Shown piece after piece: positions 61,901 to 64,000 of a DNA stretch of 64,000 nucleotides. The first letter of the stretch is position 1; each line of letters begins with the position of its first letter. The stretch covers positions 496,001 to 560,000 of the forward strand of contig BCGN01000002.1 in assembly GCA_001599295.1 (NCBI GenBank), written 5' to 3'. The stretch is from Sporopachydermia quercuum (Eukaryota). Both the position numbers and the translations under genes were made by a program. The notes beneath the pieces were generated by a model. The model made no database searches. It saw nothing but the letters and a program-made list of their open reading frames with translations, and was not told where the DNA came from.

Positions 61901-62513
61901 TGAAAATGGGGAGAATCCAAAGGGAACAATCAGTACATTAACCGATCATTTCCGATTAGCATACGGACAAGATCCAGAAGCGCCCAGATATCAAACCGCA
62001 TTGGACGCGTTTGTCCGATCGTTAGCAGCTTATTCAATCATATGTTATGTCTTACAAATAAAGGACAGGCATAACGGAAATATTCTTCTGGACTCGTCGG
62101 GACACATTATTCATATAGATTTCGGATTTTTACTCAGTAATTCACCAGGAAGCATGGGTTTTGAAGCAGCACCGTTTAAATTAACTATGGAATATGTTGA
62201 GCTTATGGGAGGAGTGGATAGTAAGCATTTTAAGATTTTTTCCCAGTTGATGAAAGATTCATTTAAAGCTCTCCGAAAAGAAGCGGAAGAGATAATCATG
62301 TTAGTGGAGATGATGCAACGAGATTCAACATTACCCTGTTTTTCATTAGGTCAGAATACATCCGCACAATTAAGACAAAGGCTACAATTGCATTTAAGCG
62401 AAGCAGAGGTTGATTTGTTCGTTGAGAATATACTTATTCAAAAGAGTCTTGGAAGCATCTATACTCGATTGTATGATCAATTTCAATTGCTCACACAAGG
62501 AATTTATAGTTAA
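58998..62513 (+). CDS. PIK1: Phosphatidylinositol 4-kinase (type IIIbeta)
   Basis: IEFFIPQLIQIL, LPAEVDIP, VLNSAERVPFLL, VIAKTGDDLRQEAFACQLI, QIKDRHNGNILLD, HIDFGFLLSNSPG, YDQFQLLTQGIYS. The first ATG is at 58998 (other in-frame ATGs follow). Confidence 0.97.
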   Translation: MMNYIRSKTMATSQSATSNSNSGSDITATAANGISGANGFTHFSSSLPSESDSAADSTASSASAAPGNLLLLRFLQSEHFTPFLCIAYLERYASNIGIHAYLCKKFRTYNYSDIEFFIPQLIQILVTVETESLALEDLVIDLCTQHPHYTLLTFWQLQAHIQDLAFDPQSYGFQIARRILNKLQYILFNVGTPPSARFRENTFPAIIASAAIAGAIGVPQLSEYIGPLAKSQGRKQRSFVFQIASSAGKTLSRKRRSSSTPTPLSGGVSRGNTDESLGLQQLDLAGSADISINTRYISQPSTPILESTSGIGSPSGRVRNRSGSRSTLDGAECDDPNRNGSSETDFDLDEGGETEPDFDDEAQIDGYGLDDTSIAGRISSQFRRPLIYEQDGEVSASMPELNIAKTRGNSFRPRHQKTFSTSSGSGIGLDAQLSNNIGTGTRSSIRRSIRNHKRMLNLMKMPLQQKIKELKTNYFRCGTQFAIALQSISVRLSQVPKDARLSALRAEIAMLNTDLPAEVDIPSLMPPNKPGKLHRIVRIAPGETTVLNSAERVPFLLFIEYLRDDLDFEPSSEKNKPVLLRERDRTYVFDVGYKTGKNTNAFFASESKNQENGGYTETGKQTGLEAEADLGDLSNIQGHVTSTELMRKDVFVAMTSSVPRIAEPGNSTFNSTSENIPQSNYELQHQEPHRDSVSYFPSLDSPRVSELSFSSTYQLPAAPGTFTNATDLATHMRIAAIMLNQLETGSAGFSPDGIPGAGSGSGMGSNESGXGTGGPKLSNDEIASIRAKIIANMKSMQDHAVLIGKGNLASDNRALMYSGEAGQRKLENDLKTGGMLPSAGESELGVGLNKSGTGSGTGLKAKSGSLSGYMGEDWETKKDRIRSESPFGKEENWELFSVIAKTGDDLRQEAFACQLIQAISNSWDAHSINVWVKKMKILITSANTGLVETIVDAPSIHSLKKALTAARIENGENPKGTISTLTDHFRLAYGQDPEAPRYQTALDAFVRSLAAYSIICYVLQIKDRHNGNILLDSSGHIIHIDFGFLLSNSPGSMGFEAAPFKLTMEYVELMGGVDSKHFKIFSQLMKDSFKALRKEAEEIIMLVEMMQRDSTLPCFSLGQNTSAQLRQRLQLHLSEAEVDLFVENILIQKSLGSIYTRLYDQFQLLTQGIYS

Positions 62514-64000
62514 ATGAATTTTGGGTAAATAAGTGTAGAGTTACGGTCTAGAAACGGATAACATGATAATATATATGAAAGTTATATGAAAAAATTGGTC
62601 GTAGGAGGAGAAGTATGTGGAGTAAGAATATTTTATAAGCATTAAACTGGATGGGATACTAGAACTAGTGGGATTTGGGACATTTGGTACTTTTGTTTTT
62701 CTTGTCTTGTTATTTATTCGATTATACTACTCATTTGACGTTCACAAACAACAATAGAATTAAAAATAATGATATCAGCATAGTGGAGAAGAAACCGAGC
62801 TATAAATTGATGAAGTAATTTAAATAAATATGCAGAAATGATTGCACGGAGATTTCAGATGATAATTATGATTTCCCCGTTAGACTGTCTTGTCCTGTGT
62901 TGCTTCGGGACAATGATTATCATCACTTTCCGTACTCTTGTCCGTTGTTACATCTTCTTCATTCTCCATATTCCAGATGTATATGTATGTCAAGTTAAAA
63001 GTTCAACTTAAATAAAGATCTGGCACCATTTTACCTCAAGTTGAAGAGTAGTTATGAAATAATAAAAACGATACTATAACTTTACTGGATACACAGTAGT
63101 AACAAGTCATTGCTAACAGTATATTACTTCCATTATTGTCTTGAAATTTCCCAAAAAATTTCCCTGAATTCAATTGCAAACACTCTTTGCTTCTTCTCCC
63201 CAATCGCGCGTCAATAACCAAAAGTATTTCTCTCCTAAAAAAATAGAATTCATTCATTTGAGTAGCAGCTAAATACCAGGCTGCTCAGAACTATTAATCT
63301 ATTTATGGTAGCCATTAGAAGCAACATCTATAAATAATCATTGAAATCGAAACTAAAGAAAGCGATGATTTGTCAAAGAAAACAATTTACACTAACCTCG
63401 GGACTGAGTATTACAACTGGACAGCTTCTTTCCATGTAATATAAGTGATAATGAAAATCCATCATCTTCTCTGGCGAAACACCAGGAGGAGCTATATAAA
63501 CGAAGAAGTTCTATACATGAGATAATAAGAACGATATGTTTGAACCAAATAGTGATAAATAGCCTTAGCAAATAATGCAACGCAGTGGCAAATATATGTA
63601 AAAGGCTGTCATCATTTAATTCACATTCGATGACCATTGAATTATCTCGGAAGGCAATACAATAACAATTGACAAATATATTGAAATCTGTTTATTCTCT
63701 CTATTCTCTGCTCATTATCTATGCAACCAGGATCCCATTTACGCTCCGGAAAGCCATCCCAACGCCCACATTATGCAAAACATTCCATCTTCTTTGGATA
63801 CCAATTTATGGAATTGGTTTTCGTGTTTCACATTGCCTTCCATCTACTCATCACATGACTTCCATCACTCTATTTCTATCACCGATCCATGCGAATTCTA
63901 TTATTTCATATCTTTACTACCTTTACAGCATAATATCTTGTATAATAAGCACTATAAAAAATAATGAAATCTCAATTATTTGTTTTATTTATTATTTGAA

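Noticed and set aside
47829..62299. Many short antisense ORFs over SLP1, TAF2 and PIK1
   Set aside because: Shadow ORFs of long genuine genes, favoured by the higher GC content.
58998..62513. PIK1 as a marker of a Candida-type MTL locus (with the pheromone gene 36 kb away)
   Set aside because: No PAP1, OBP, homeodomain, HMG or alpha-box gene is visible in the window, and pheromone genes are not normally part of ascomycete MAT loci.

Overview
AT-rich budding-yeast (Saccharomycotina-like) nuclear DNA using the standard genetic code (CTG = Leu at conserved PIK1 positions). I read about 21 protein-coding genes: FPR3/4-type FKBP (partial), tricalbin, COG8, VMA6, HIT1, a 7-exon regucalcin, an orphan coiled-coil protein, EGD2, LNP1, a single-repeat alpha-pheromone precursor, MNS1, LYS1, a complex I 17.8-kDa-like subunit, two tandem YCII genes, IAH1, two UapA/C-type purine permeases, HAP3, SLP1, TAF2 and PIK1. 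There is also a decayed subtilisin pseudogene. Several genes are split by introns that the ORF track misses; I reconstructed 19 introns by hand, including 9-nt exons. The most unusual features are: (1) the two permease genes form a ~1.8-kb inverted repeat around a 6.4-kb gene-free spacer, with identical patches and a difference at a known specificity-gate residue, so this could be an invertible or gene-converting locus; (2) a strong TCCG/CGGA (CGG-codon) enrichment in the right-hand ~15 kb; (3) a single-copy alpha-factor with a non-canonical Glu-Ser spacer. Family assignments are from motif recognition, not database searches.
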